Assembly: GCA_002633005.1 (NCBI GenBank)
Contig: NMRA01000114.1
Location: 336,835 to 400,834, forward strand
Direction: 5' to 3'
Length of the DNA: 64,000 nt
Source: Phoronis australis
Taxonomy: Eukaryota; Animalia; Phoronida
Position numbers and translations under genes: made by a program. Below are positions 25,557 through 37,957 of the stretch, one piece after another (within the stretch, counting starts at the first letter, position 1; every line of letters begins with the position of its first letter). Below the pieces are notes generated by a model that had not been told where the DNA came from, did not search any database, and saw only the letters and a list, made by a program, of their open reading frames with translations.

Positions 25557-26604
25557 TAGTCGGTGGGCCATATCTCATAGCGCTCATCATTGTGAGTACT
25601 TTAGGGGGGCAACCTAGTTCTTTCTATGTAGGAAAACAGTGGGACGCGGGGATAATTCGGTTTCTCTTGACAACTTTATGAATAAGTACAGAGTTTTTTG
25701 CGCTTGAATTGCATTGCGACTGACAAGTTTTTTTCGGGTCGTGTAGTTGAGGTACCTCGAACAAATTACTCGTTTATTGTTGAAAGCGTGTATGCAAATG
25801 TCATTATAGCCTATAGAGTTTTATTTTTGTGGCTCTGCATATGAATGTATAACGTTACAATCATGCCCGCTATGACACCTGACAAATTCTAAGTTATTTA
25901 CCAATACTGTTCGTGACGTCAGTATCTATTACAATTGTTCAGTCTACTACTTTATTAACAGTTTTAGCATTAACTATCTTAAAGACAATTTTCACCAAAG
26001 TCTTTCTTTTTAAGTGGTTCCAACATCACACAATACCGGGATTTTTCCGTAGATAATCCCACCCGGAAAATCATACGCCGAATAAACGCCCATGGGCGTT
26101 TATTTTGGTGTTACAACATCTAACGTCACGTGTCTAGATAAGTAGTGGGACGATTATTCGGAAAATTTCCTCTAAAAAACCCACTCGGCGTTACAATTTC
26201 AGTGTTGGTGAACTATGCATTTAGAAATTTCACAAACAGCTTTGTGTAAGAATGCCAAAATATGAAAACTTCTTAATCTAGCCCTACGTGTAGATATTTG
26301 GGAACCAACAAGAATCGCAAAGTTTTGAAAACGCGAACATTTATAAAACCACTTTTTTCTTTACGGACACGGCTTCCGTCCACATGCTCTCGAGAGTGGG
26401 TTTCTTTCCCTTTAACGATACTGGATCGAGCTCCGTAGATGCAAGAATCTCGCGGCTATTGTTCACAACTGTCCATAGTCAAAAACGCAACGTTTTCAAA
26501 ATGCTTGTGTCATGATCGTATTAATTTTAGAGTATTCGTGGGAACGGAAAACGTTGAAGTGTAAAGAAATTTTTGTTTTCTGTGGTATTGGCGAATCCGT
26601 TTGN

Positions 26605-26695
<91 letters not shown>
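26605..26695. repeat. (CA)n(TA)n compound microsatellite next to an N
   Basis: Seen directly; it explains the poly-HT ORFs. Confidence 0.95.
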
Positions 26696-28811
26696 TTGAA
26701 AACGTTACGAAAACGACTGGTGTGGACGGAGAGCTTTTTAAAGACGCAATGGATAGAATTTTATCTAACGTTGAACCATTACATGCGCGTACCTGGCCAA
26801 AAAATGGGAGGGCTCAATTTTTTTATAAGTTGGTCCTTTTACTAAGATTCACAGGGTACGTTCAGGTCTATGAATTGTGCTTTCGACGAATTTCGGTAGT
26901 TCCTGCCTTTTTAGTTAACTTTTGTCTCGTATTCTACTTTTTGCGGAGCTTTTGTTTCTCTGAGGCGGACCTTTTTGCCCACTTCGCGAAATAGGGGACT
27001 CGTTCGGGCCCCCTCGAGCCCNNNCCCCCCCCCCCGTTATTTTAGATATATTTTCTGGACAATCATAGTGAAAGCTTTAAGCTGCATCTTCTTTTCCTCA
27101 AAATTTCTGAATTACCACAGAGTAAAAGCTAGACAACTCACTCAAAAACAGTATAAATGTTCCAATCACGTCGTCTTCTAGTGCAGAAAGTTTTGACTGA
27201 AACTTGTCGTCTGTCCTATTCTTCATGACTTCCCAAGTATAGGTAGCTTCTTTGTTCGAGTGTTGACTCTTCTTAGCTCACCGTAGCTCTGTGATGTTTT
27301 CGTCAACGTCACCTACATATAGCTCTAGATTTTTAACGAAGCATCCAGGGTGTTAATTGAAAACCAGCAAAGAAGGAGGAACTCAATAACATTTGTCTTT
27401 GTTTCTCCGTAATTGTAGTCACGGATTGTGTAGAACGGTGGATTGCATAAAGCTACAAAATGAACACTCCTGTCTACTTACTGTTAAGTTAAAGATTCTC
27501 TCTTTTTAATGTCACCAGTTTAATTTTAGGACGGAATGAGTCTCACGCTTTAGAAGACGTGATTAAAACAAGAATATTTCGAAAACTACAGCCTTGTATG
27601 TATTAAATTAAATGTTTTTTACCATCAAATCTTGTACGATGGTGAAAAATGAAGTTGCCATTCAACTGTGGCTGCAATTTTGTTGGTGCACCAACACAAA
27701 TTAACAATTTCAACTTAAAATTCTAAATAAAATTTTGTTTCCTTGGGGGGGCTTGACCCCCTTGGCTCCTCTGAATCCGCCACTGCCACTGATAGAGACT
27801 ATTTCCATGTCCACTCCCAAGTTCAGTGCCTTTTGGATGTAACATTTCATTGGCGTCCTTCAAATAACTCCGTCAGTAGTACCAAGCTTTTCTATAAAAC
27901 TCAACCCATTGAAAAATATTAATACGAATCTTTCTTCACCGCTTAAAGGATTTTAAAATGAAACGTTCTATTTTTAGTCATAGAATTTACGAAATTTAAA
28001 ATTGAACGCAATATTTCACTAACCATTATCTTTCTTGTACACAGTGTTGAGTTCTTATCATATCATTATCGCATATGCCTACCAGCCGCGGGTTCCTCCC
28101 CTCATACATTAAGCGCTGCTCCGACCCGTATTGGAATCTGGCCCGTATTGGAATGACGTCATCAAATAAATGTAAGTAGTTTCTGGCCCGTATTGGAATA
28201 AGCGGACGCTTTCGTTTCGTTGCTCTTGGTGTGTTGAAGTGTGCAGGATTTCTTGTGTTAAATGCGTGAGATATAAGAGTTATTTAGTTGTGCAAATTGA
28301 AAAAGAATCATCAAAATTGGACAATGTTTGAGAAATTTATGCATTTTTTGTCTATGAATTCCATGCATTTTTAGCGTTACGAGTGGCCATTTTAAAAATT
28401 ACAATTTTCAACTGTCAGCAGTAGGAAAGAAAATTCATTTTATTAAGTAAGCAACTGATATGACCGGGAATAACTTGAGTCACTTTCAGAATCACTTACT
28501 TAGACGAAGTTGTGCTTAATCATTGAGAAATGCTAGGGTTCATCATAAAACAAATACTCGTTATGAAATTTGCCAGTTCTGTGTTTCTAACCCTTACCTA
28601 CTGTAAAAAAGGTTAAAAACTAAAGTTCACACTGTGCAATAAAAAGAACTGCAGAATATGTTAGCCTAGGCAACACAGCAAATTATTCAATATCTAAACA
28701 AATCAAAAGTTTGAATATTAACTGGGTTCTGCTATGTTGAAAATGGGCCAAAAAGGCTAACAAAATGTACTGTACGTAGCCCCATGTGGAATTCAGTAAC
28801 ACAAAGGGTCA

Positions 28812-29066
28812 TTACTCTGCGCGTGTAGCATTAACCACACTTTTAATCAAGTTAACAATTACTCCCTCATCGGGGCTCATAATGCACCGGAAGAAGTCAA
28901 TTAGTGGAAAGGTCATCAAAAAATTAACATGTAATTTCTCCTACAATTTTAAAGAATTCCTTTTCATATTGGTAAACGGGTTGCTGTCAGTAACTTCCCA
29001 TAATAATTCCAGTAATACGCACGCGCAGAGTCCATTATTGTCACGCCGTGACAATAATCAATCTAG
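28812..29066 (+). mobile_element. Internally deleted copy of the HINE-like element at 20994-22577
   Basis: TTACTCTGCGCGTG...CACGCGCAGAGTCCATTATTGTCACGCCGTGACAATAATCAATCTAG(TTTT). The body matches 22318-22577. Confidence 0.85.
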
Positions 29067-32000
29067 TTTTAAATGAAATTATTGCTTTTTAAATAACAAC
29101 ATGGTGCTTATTATCAATAAAGAAAATTTTAATTTTAATGTTGTATGGCCATTTTTAAATGGCCATACAACATTATGTTACCATGTGATGCAGAAACAGT
29201 GATGTAGTGTACGTACCCTTTTTGTAGAGTACGTACCCCGATGTTTACACATGCCATGAAATTAAAATATCACTTGGTAAGTGAAAAACATTGGTCATAG
29301 ACAATGTCCTTCCTTAAAAATGTTAGGTTAAGAGGGTTATTGCAAATGCATTTGTTTTGAGTGATTCACAAAGGCTTCGATTAAAATTCACATCTTACCA
29401 GCAGCTTCTGTTTTTTCATCGTCTCTGATGTTCCATTTTCTTTAAAAAATGAAGTAAATTTTCTTCATTGCACAGTGGAGCAGACGACGGAAACAAAGTC
29501 GTAGTGCGCAGCGCCACTTCCCGTCGCAGTAGTAGTAGATTCCAAGTATTTTTATACACCTGACAAGTCATTGAAATGTCGTGTACGTACCCCCTGTGTA
29601 GTGTACGTATCTTCAACTTCTGTGCTATAAAGTATTGCCCACAAGTATTTTTACATACTGCTGTTCTCATGAACAATACTGATGTTTCCAGAATACATCC
29701 AGTCTGACAAAAAACAATGGACATTAATAAACTTGTGCGCAATAAAATGCCAAACAGGACTTGGCTAGTAACATCCTAGGAGACACATCATGTGACAACT
29801 GATTTTGCAGAGACAGGTTCTCTATCTCTCAATACAACTTGCAACAAAACAACTAGTAGAGGCAGCACAACACTCGAGATCATCCCATACTTTTTTAACT
29901 TAGACAAAATTTGACGTTGATTGACGGTGCGTAGTGTACGTACCCCCCAACTAGTACCATTTTTTTCTGTTTACAAGTTGAATACTGGGCCTAGCATTGC
30001 TTTAACTTTTGACCAATTGGTGAATGTGTTGAAAACTAGGCAAATAGCACCAATAAAGTTTTTGAAAAAAGTAATTACCTGTCATTTTCTTTTAGTAAAC
30101 ATCATACTGCAAGAGAAGAAGTTCTCATTATACTGTGTTAAGATATGCAATGTATCATCATCTAGAACAACTTGATCAGCACGGTAATAACTATTCTTAC
30201 TTTAGTATGTGATACTTCTTCAATTTGATCAAGAACTTATGAAATTAATTGCTACGTTATGAATTTTTGCATGTTAGAAGTTGGCTGTGACCACAAGTTG
30301 TAGTGTACGTGCCCTTTTATACAACTGCGATGCATTAGGCTATAAAATTTTATTCGGTGATTCTTGTGCAAAAGTATTTTAGATTGCAAACCTGGAATGA
30401 TGGTACTTGAAAATAACCCAGCTTTTAAAGTTACATGACAACCTTCATTTTTTACCAAAAGTGGCCACCGAATATAGACCTTGATTGTGATTTGCCCGAC
30501 AGTGTAAGTGGTTCATTGGCAGAAAGAATATCCGTCCTCAGATCTTATAGAGATGACTGTCATTGACACCATGTCTGTTCTCTGGAAATGTAAAAACAGA
30601 ATGATTATTTAAGTTACATCCACGTAAATGAACCCTGACGCCGATGAATTTGCTTTGCTGTTCACAGATTGAAATTGGGTTATGTTTATTGAAAAACGAA
30701 TAAACTACCATTACCATTCAGTGTCATGCATGATTCAGTTGACTCAAAAGTATCTTACCCCCATTGCGACATCCTAGATCTGACTATGAGGCATTATCCG
30801 CGGAATAGCTTCTGGCATATCAAGCTCTTAGAGGAGCCTCATCTCTACCTCCAGTCAAGACAGTGTGCTAGAAATTCCTGTGAAGCTGTTGACTGAAGTT
30901 AAAGATTTTTTACCAATACGACTGTCGCTTTGCACTCTTGTGACTAAGTTTTTCACCACATTTACCTCAGTCTTGGGAGTTCTTTGGTGGATTCAATGCA
31001 TCTTTGCTTTATTAGGATACGTCAGCCCCTTTTCAAACAGTTTTGATGTACTTTGCACCACCTTTAGCACATCTTTAATTTTGTTGGCCATCGTGTTTGT
31101 TTGAACATGCACCATTTCTTTGGTACTTATGAACACCCCCATAAGCATACCATTTGTGGCATAGTTGCACTCATGTGCATATTTCAATGCTTCACATTAG
31201 TGTGGTTAAATTTACAATGGATTAAGTCTAAATAAAAACTATGTGTATTCCCCCTCACGAGAGCAACATTATACTGTGTGCGGGACACAAGCCATTCATT
31301 TTGAATCTGAAAAAGCAATTATTTTTTATTTAATTTTAAATCGCCTGGTTTGGTTACGAAAATAAATGTAGGCAACAATTGAAAATTGAAATATAAAACC
31401 TTTACTTGGCTGCATGTACTTATTCCTCTCAAAGTAGTCGAACATACTGTGCCTTGTATATTTGTTATATCTATTATACCTTTTCAGGGTTGTTTATAGG
31501 GTGTCAATATGATGGCAACCTGTCCAACCGGGTGCAGATTCAAACCTCAAGATCTACGATGTTGTCAAAAGAGTGCATGAGTAGTGTTTCATGCCAGGTG
31601 AAAAAGATTGTGGTAAGGGTCTTTGCGGGTGTGCAGTGAACTTTCATTAAACTATTCTGCAGAACATGTCCCACTAGCCGCTGCAATCCATATTTAGGAC
31701 ATATTGTGGAGAAAAAACCGTGTTCCCTCATGCAAAGTGTGTCAAAGGGTTTTTGTGATGGTATTGTGAGCTTGTACATATGAACGAACTTAAGTGCACT
31801 CATAATCGGCAAGTTTAGCTTTCCACATTAAGTTCCATTCTCATGTTCATGGCTTGCTGGCGGAACTCCCAATTGTTATAAAAAATTATCATGGGTTCAA
31901 CTCCCACTACCAGTCAATATGCAGTAATCTGGCTGCCATCTTAGTGGAGATGACGATTCCCACAAACTAATGTCTTCATCATTCTGGAATTTGGATTTGA

Positions 32001-33608
32001 AATCTGACTGCAATGGCAAATAGTTGTTTTATATTCGATGCAATACTCAAAAAGTATAATCTTATATTAATGATTGATTAAAGCTTTGCAGGACTGCACG
32101 GATGTCCTTTAATGCACTCACATGCTTCTATTTTAATTAAGACGGCTCCTCCTTGATTTTTATCAAATGTCATGCACCTGTTAGTGGCACTTACATGTTT
32201 TAAAAAGAGCTTCTAATTTCAGGAAAATATTTGGTGGAGCTATACTTGTGTCTTCTCTTCTACCACGACTAGATGAGTAAGTAGATCTATGTGTCAAGTG
32301 GTGTTCTGGGAGACATCATCATTTTGTCTCCTGCTTCACTCTTTTTAAGATCACTCTAATGAATCTCCCAATACCATAATGGAACTTCAGAGTATGAGTA
32401 GGAGCATTTAGATAAACGTGTTCAGCTATCATATTCAGTATGATACTGGAATTGAAAAAAATGTTCTGTGTAATTCAATATAATTTGCTCTTTCAAATAG
32501 TTCAACCATGTTCTTGTTAATCAAAGCAGTCATTTATTAGTACATGCCATATAGAGGAACCCTTGGTCAATACAGTGCTTATATAATGTTAATAACATGT
32601 AATTATTCCTTCATTTTACGGCTGACAGTCTAGTAATTTTGTGCGTATTCACTAACCTAATAGTGCTATACTTTTCCTCACTGTATGCCATGTCTTTGCC
32701 AAAACCTTTTGCTTTTGATTAACTTCTTCATCTAGTGTTGGTGCTTCTTGCACTTATAACGTTCAGTAGCCTTATGCTACATTCATCTTATTTATCTCTA
32801 TCTGAAGCTACAATTATATTTATTTTGAGTTTCTTTTATAATGTGCAGAAGCACTTGTACTTCACATATTCGTGATTTGAAACTTTTCCTTTGGCCTGTG
32901 TTTCCTTCAAAGAATATTTTAGCAATGGACAATATTTAATATGGAACATTATACTAATTTTAAAAACTGTCATTACCCTATGCATTGTGTCTATTTCGAG
33001 GTTATCGAATGAATACGTGACTATGAATTGATGGTGTTACTCTGCTAGATCTTGTTTCCTTATCCCATAAACATCTTGTGCAGTTAAAGTTTTTATTTAC
33101 GTTTTAAAAGGCATGCAGCGGTAGCGGATAGTTACAACAGGGAGCATCTAAAGCTGTTGGTGAGGAGGATGGCACTGATGAACAGGAAGCTGTACTATGT
33201 GGACTACACGATATGTTTAGACCGACAGCGACTGCACACACTTTTGTCGAGGTAATGCGACTTAAAAAATCTTCATAATTTTCCTCACATTTTTGTTCTT
33301 TGGTTTAAGAGATGACGAACTTCATCCATCGAGGGAGGGGTGTAACATGATGAGCTCAGTACCAAAGATTTTATAGTATCTTTGTCAGTACTTTACTCTT
33401 TGTTTGTACTGTCAGCTGCAATTAATCATGGCCAACAACATTATATATAGTGTATGCTAGTGGCTGTGTAGCCTCACTCATGCTTTGTATACTGTAGAGT
33501 TCAAATCACTTTATACATACTCTATGTACATATAAACAAGTCTCTTTTGCCTTAGTCTTGATAGTACATAAAATATTACAGGGAACAGTGTTCTTCACAA
33601 ATACTTAA

Positions 33609-34145
33609 AGGCAAAGGCAACGTTTTTCATGTCATTTTTAGTAAAAATAAGGCTCGTTGATTATACCAGGCATATTTTAATTGATTACTCGTCCCTTACT
33701 ACAGAAGTGACGTTTAGGAAGTCCATAATTACGCGCCACTGTTGAGTCAGTCATTGTTCTATCTCGGCTGTGATAAGTTCTCTCATTGTTTACTTTTGTT
33801 TACCAGTCAGTCAACATGCCACACAGTTGTTGCATACCGTACTCGTTATCGTCTCGCGCACTCTGGGTGTACCATTACATGCTTTCCAAAAGATGACACA
33901 CTTCGACACACTTGGCTCGTTTATCTGAAGAACGCAGGGCTACTCGTCCACGCAACGTAGAACTGAGTATAAGAGAATTACCGAGTGCGCCATCGGATTA
34001 CGAAAGAGATATGTATGCTGAATTGATGAAGGTACAAAACAATACCTGAAGAAGGGTGCCCTACCATCGCTGTTGAATCCCTGTAGTGCACCATTGCCAC
34101 GCCCGAGAAGTGCATTTTTGAAACGAGAAGCCTTGCGAGCTGTGG
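33609..34145 (+). pseudogene. 5' fragment of a THAP-domain transposase gene, Kolobok-like
   Basis: TTAA|AGGCAAAGG putative terminus at 33605-33617. From ATG 33816, across frameshifts: MPHSCCIP...CFPKDDTLRHTWL...SDYERDMYAELM...LKKGALPSL...PRSAFLKRE, giving the THAP CxxP, FP..W and LK..AxPS box motifs. Confidence 0.7.
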
Positions 34146-36587
34146 TCCGACTACAGTGACTGGAGGCACTTCATCCACGGTCACCTGTGCCTCCGCGAAC
34201 GTACCCCAGAGCGTGCAATTCGGGGAACTAGCAGTAATTCGCCCTGTGAAATATGGCTCAGGCTGGAAGAAGAGGGAGGAAGCTCTCTAGTACAGGAAAC
34301 ATGGCCTCCTTGCCTCCCCCCCCCCCTTAAATCCGCCACTGATTTATATGCAAATTGTTCAAATTGTTACCTTCGGAAACGTTCTAATCGACTAATTAAC
34401 ACACATTCCAATACGGGCCCGCTTGATGGGAATCCCTGGGACGGCGATAGGGACCGCCTAAAGAGTCGAAAAAAAAAACGCCTCTTCCGAATTATGATCA
34501 GACCATTTCACAATTTAATGTTTAATATGAAAGTGGCTCACGGGTTGACACAAAGTGACATCATTGCCGGAGCCTGCATTCGCGTCATGATGATTTTTAA
34601 GCCGAAGATGATCGCCGCGCGATTCTAATACGGGCCCGGCTTGTACAAAGCACAGGCGTCCTCAGCTTCTGATCGTTCCCAAAACACTAGTATTACATAT
34701 ACAGTGTTGGGGACGATCAAAAGCTGCATGAGGACTGACGCTTCAGTGTTGTACAAAGATTGAAGATTTATAGCAACACGACGTTGCACTTGTGAGTATG
34801 AACTATATTAAACTATGAAACGAAACCTTGATTTCATAAAAAATACCGAATTACAAAGTTTTGTATTCAATTTATCGTTTTACAGGCAATCGTAAAATAT
34901 ATTCCAATACGGGCCGCCGTATTAGAGTTCCAATGCGGGAACGGCCCGTATCGGAATATTCCGATTTGGACCGAATTCCAATACGGGCCGGAACAGCGCT
35001 ACCTTTTGGAAAACCCAAAAACAACTAAGCAATTGTAAACAACATGGCGGACACCTGATGGCAACGATGTAAATTTTGTTTATAACGTTTACTTTTAGCA
35101 ATTCTTCCTGAAAAGGTTGTCAGAAAGTACTTTATTGATGGGGACTGCTGCTAGTACGGCCCCGCCGCAAGGTGTACCTATTAACCCTCGCGTCGAGTAT
35201 ACCGACAAACTAGTTAAAGATGTTAAAAAGGTGAATCTCACTAGACTGAATCTCAAAATTCTCATATTATTTGTTAGACCTGTCTATCAACAGTATTCAG
35301 TACTGTGTAGTCTTACTCTGTACGCTCTACAGTAAAATCAGGAACAACAATCAACGTTCGAATTTCCCGATGACTCATAACCTTACATAAGAAACGTAAG
35401 GGTTGGACACTAAAACTTTGCCGAGCCGAGGCTCCCAACTTTAACTATCCCATATCCAAATAAAGTCTGTGTGCATCTCTTTCAGGCTGGTACTGCATAA
35501 GTGAGTGAGTGAGTTTAGATCTAGGCCCCCGTCTGTGTAGGCAGTTGTATCACCCTGAGGTCTGAATGCCGCTGGCATTATACCTAGCCAGCCAGCCGAG
35601 GAGCTACGTGTGGCCTACTATCTGTGTTGCCTCCTGTCGCCATGTGAGCGTTGGAATCGCCTACTGATTTTGAATAGGATGAATTCATAGTCCAAAGACT
35701 TGGAAAATACATAAGTCATCAATTTTGATGCAAAAAGCAATTCAGACGAAGGTTTGAAGTTCATGTAATTTAGCTAGATGGATAGAGTCAGTGACCTGCA
35801 CATTTCACGTACTGTTAACAATCCCTTTAAACGAGATTAAGGTCAATTTGGTAAATCTTTTGAAGTTCTCCAATGTCACATGGTCAGCCCCACCAGTTCC
35901 AGCCACATTCTAGTCATCAATGGAGTGACTCTATTCACTACTCCACCTAGTGAGGGTTACAGTTACTGTTTGTAATCAGATCATATGTAACTAAAAACAC
36001 CCACTGCTCTATTTTTTCGTTTTGTTTTTGGGACATGAAAACTGATGGAAACCATAAATTATGAATATATCAGTAGAAATTTGAATATTATATGGGTTCT
36101 TCAATTTTCAAAATTGGTCAAGTAATAGCGATTTTGTCAACAAAAGCCCAAGCCATGTGCTAGTCATTGGAAAGTACTTTCCAGAATGGCCTATCAGCTA
36201 ATAATACACATTACTAACTCACAATAGAAGCTGTGCCTGAAAGAATATGGATAATCCCCCCACCCCCTGGTTGTGATTAGAAATCTTGTTTAAAGGACAT
36301 GTTCATGACATAGTGACTGGCAAAAACTTGTGTCTTTAAATCCCCGACTGCTCTGGGTTCAGCAGTTCCATCACAAAAAAACTCCCTTTTGGTTTCAATT
36401 CCAGACAAGACGACCGTTTCTAACTTGCTGTTAAATCCAGACATCAGTCTTCAAGAAAGTAGCAAAATTTCTGTACTTAGACATGAAACGGCAACAAAAC
36501 GGGTTATAGATGGTGTTCGTCTCCCAAAAGTATGGAGATCATGGTTTCCAGTCTTGTTACATTATCACCAATAGATTTCTTTTCTAG

Positions 36588-36762
36588 TCCCTTGTCATCG
36601 ATGCCCCTGTATTGGTGGACATGGGCCACGGGACGGTGAGGTACAGATATGTTGAGGAGGAGAAAGGAGAGAGGGAACGTATAGAGAAACCTCACGAGGG
36701 TCCAGAGAGACGGAAGAAACATGGCTACTTCTACCATGCTAAGTTAAATGACTTCAGTGAAG
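36588..36762 (+). CDS. Exon of an unidentified gene
   Basis: TTTCTTTTCTAG|TCC...GAAG|GTAAGT, 175 nt open. Reads SLVIDAPVLVDMGHGTVRYRYVEEEKGERERIEKPHEGPERRKKHGYFYHAKLNDFSE, with a phase-1 end compatible with the next exon. Confidence 0.55.
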
Positions 36763-37034
36763 GTAAGTGTAAGAAGTCTGAGATTTCCTATAGCGTTGTT
36801 GCACCGACTCGGCTGGGTTTGTTGTCATTGCAGGTGTTGGCTAGGGTTGGTATTTTAGCTTCATGATATCTGGGGTACCGTCTCGGGTAGGGCGCAGTAT
36901 CGGTGAAAATGGTATGGTCTTGTGTAGGATTTTCCATTAATTGATAGTTTCGTGGATGTTCTGGTGTATTACGTTGGTCTGGATTTTTTAATTGACGGCA
37001 GTTCCCCGCTCACCCATTATGTGGAATTATAACC

Positions 37035-37239
37035 CACAAACTGAGTTCAGGGAACACACAAACTGAGTTGAGGGAAAACACAAACTGAGTTGAGGGAACA
37101 CACAAACTGAGTTGAGGGAACACACAAACTGAGTTAAGAGAACAAACAAACTGAGTTGAGGAAAACCACAAACTGAGTTGAGGGAACACACAAACTGAGT
37201 TGAGGGAAACCACAAACCGAGTTGAGGGAACACACAAAT
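37035..37239. repeat. 22-bp minisatellite, about 9 copies, in the intron of the unidentified gene
   Basis: Unit CAAACTGAGTTGAGGGAACACA, head-to-tail with no spacers. Confidence 0.92.
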
Positions 37240-37483
37240 ACATTAAAGAACTCAGGTTTAGTTTTGCTAATTTTGGATATAAAGAAATACATGGCAAAGT
37301 TGATATATTTTTATTTTTCAAATGCTTCTGAGGTCGCCTTTGACCGGCCTTTATTTCCTAAGTCAGATGCTGCTTGTAATTTTTTCAGCTTATTCTCAGC
37401 TAAGTAGGCTGAAAAATTAATTGTCATGTTTAGATGTTATTGTTATTGTCTTTTCAATGTTATTTTTGTCATTCTCCCCACAG

Positions 37484-37752
37484 ATGGAAGTCATGCCAAA
37501 GAGGATGATTTTAAGTTCCGTTACGTCTTCAAGGGTCCACAAAAGGCTAAGCAGAAAAGGCTTCATTTTGTCGTTGGCACCTCAAAGACCCTCAAAGAAC
37601 AAGCTGTGCGGATGGCTAACGACAATAAGCCTAAAGGGAAAGGCTACAAATGGCCGTCCATTTACAAGAAGCCCCACCATGTTTACTACGCGCTCAACCT
37701 TCTTGATCAAGGTATTCATCTTGATTATACAGTACGCACTGAAGGTATTTAG
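37484..37752 (+). CDS. Last exon of the unidentified gene (frame stays open after the TAG until TGA at 37837-37839)
   Basis: TTCTCCCCACAG|AT, phase 1. Reads (D)GSHAKEDDFKFRYVFKGPQKAKQKRLHFVVGTSKTLKEQAVRMANDNKPKGKGYKWPSIYKKPHHVYYALNLLDQGIHLDYTVRTEGI*, with coding-like codon usage. Confidence 0.55.
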
Positions 37753-37957
37753 ACAAAATTACCCAGGATTCCCCGTCATGATGGCTGGGCGAAAGCCAAA
37801 TTCACCACCAGAGTAGACTTCCTGTATGTTCGAGAATGAAGAGGAAAGTTAGCATGGTGGCTGAGTCATTATGTAATTAGACTTCTGCTGCCTTTATTGT
37901 TATTACCAGGCCTCAGCGCTGTTAACAGTATTAGTCGTCATTACGGGGAATGGTACT

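Larger units (their letters stand above)
28112..35000. mobile_element. 6.9-kb degenerate TIR DNA transposon with subterminal GGCCCGTATTGGAAT repeats and nested insertions; superfamily uncertain (possibly PIF/Harbinger-ISL2EU group)
   Basis: Left end AGCGCTGCTCCGACCCGTATTGGAATCTGG versus reverse complement of the right end AGCGCTGTTCCGGCCCGTATTGGAATTCGG. The motif occurs three times at 28124-28199 and, mostly inverted, at about 34406, 34622, 34901, 34943 and 34975. No clean TSD (TAA versus TAC at best). Confidence 0.75.

Noticed and set aside
26512-26994. 160-aa ORF with poly-HT tract
   Set aside because: It is the translation of a (CA)n microsatellite and includes an N.
37035-37239. CRISPR-like appearance of regular 22-bp repeats
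   Set aside because: Units are head-to-tail with no unique spacers, there are no cas genes, and the context is a eukaryotic intron; it is a minisatellite.
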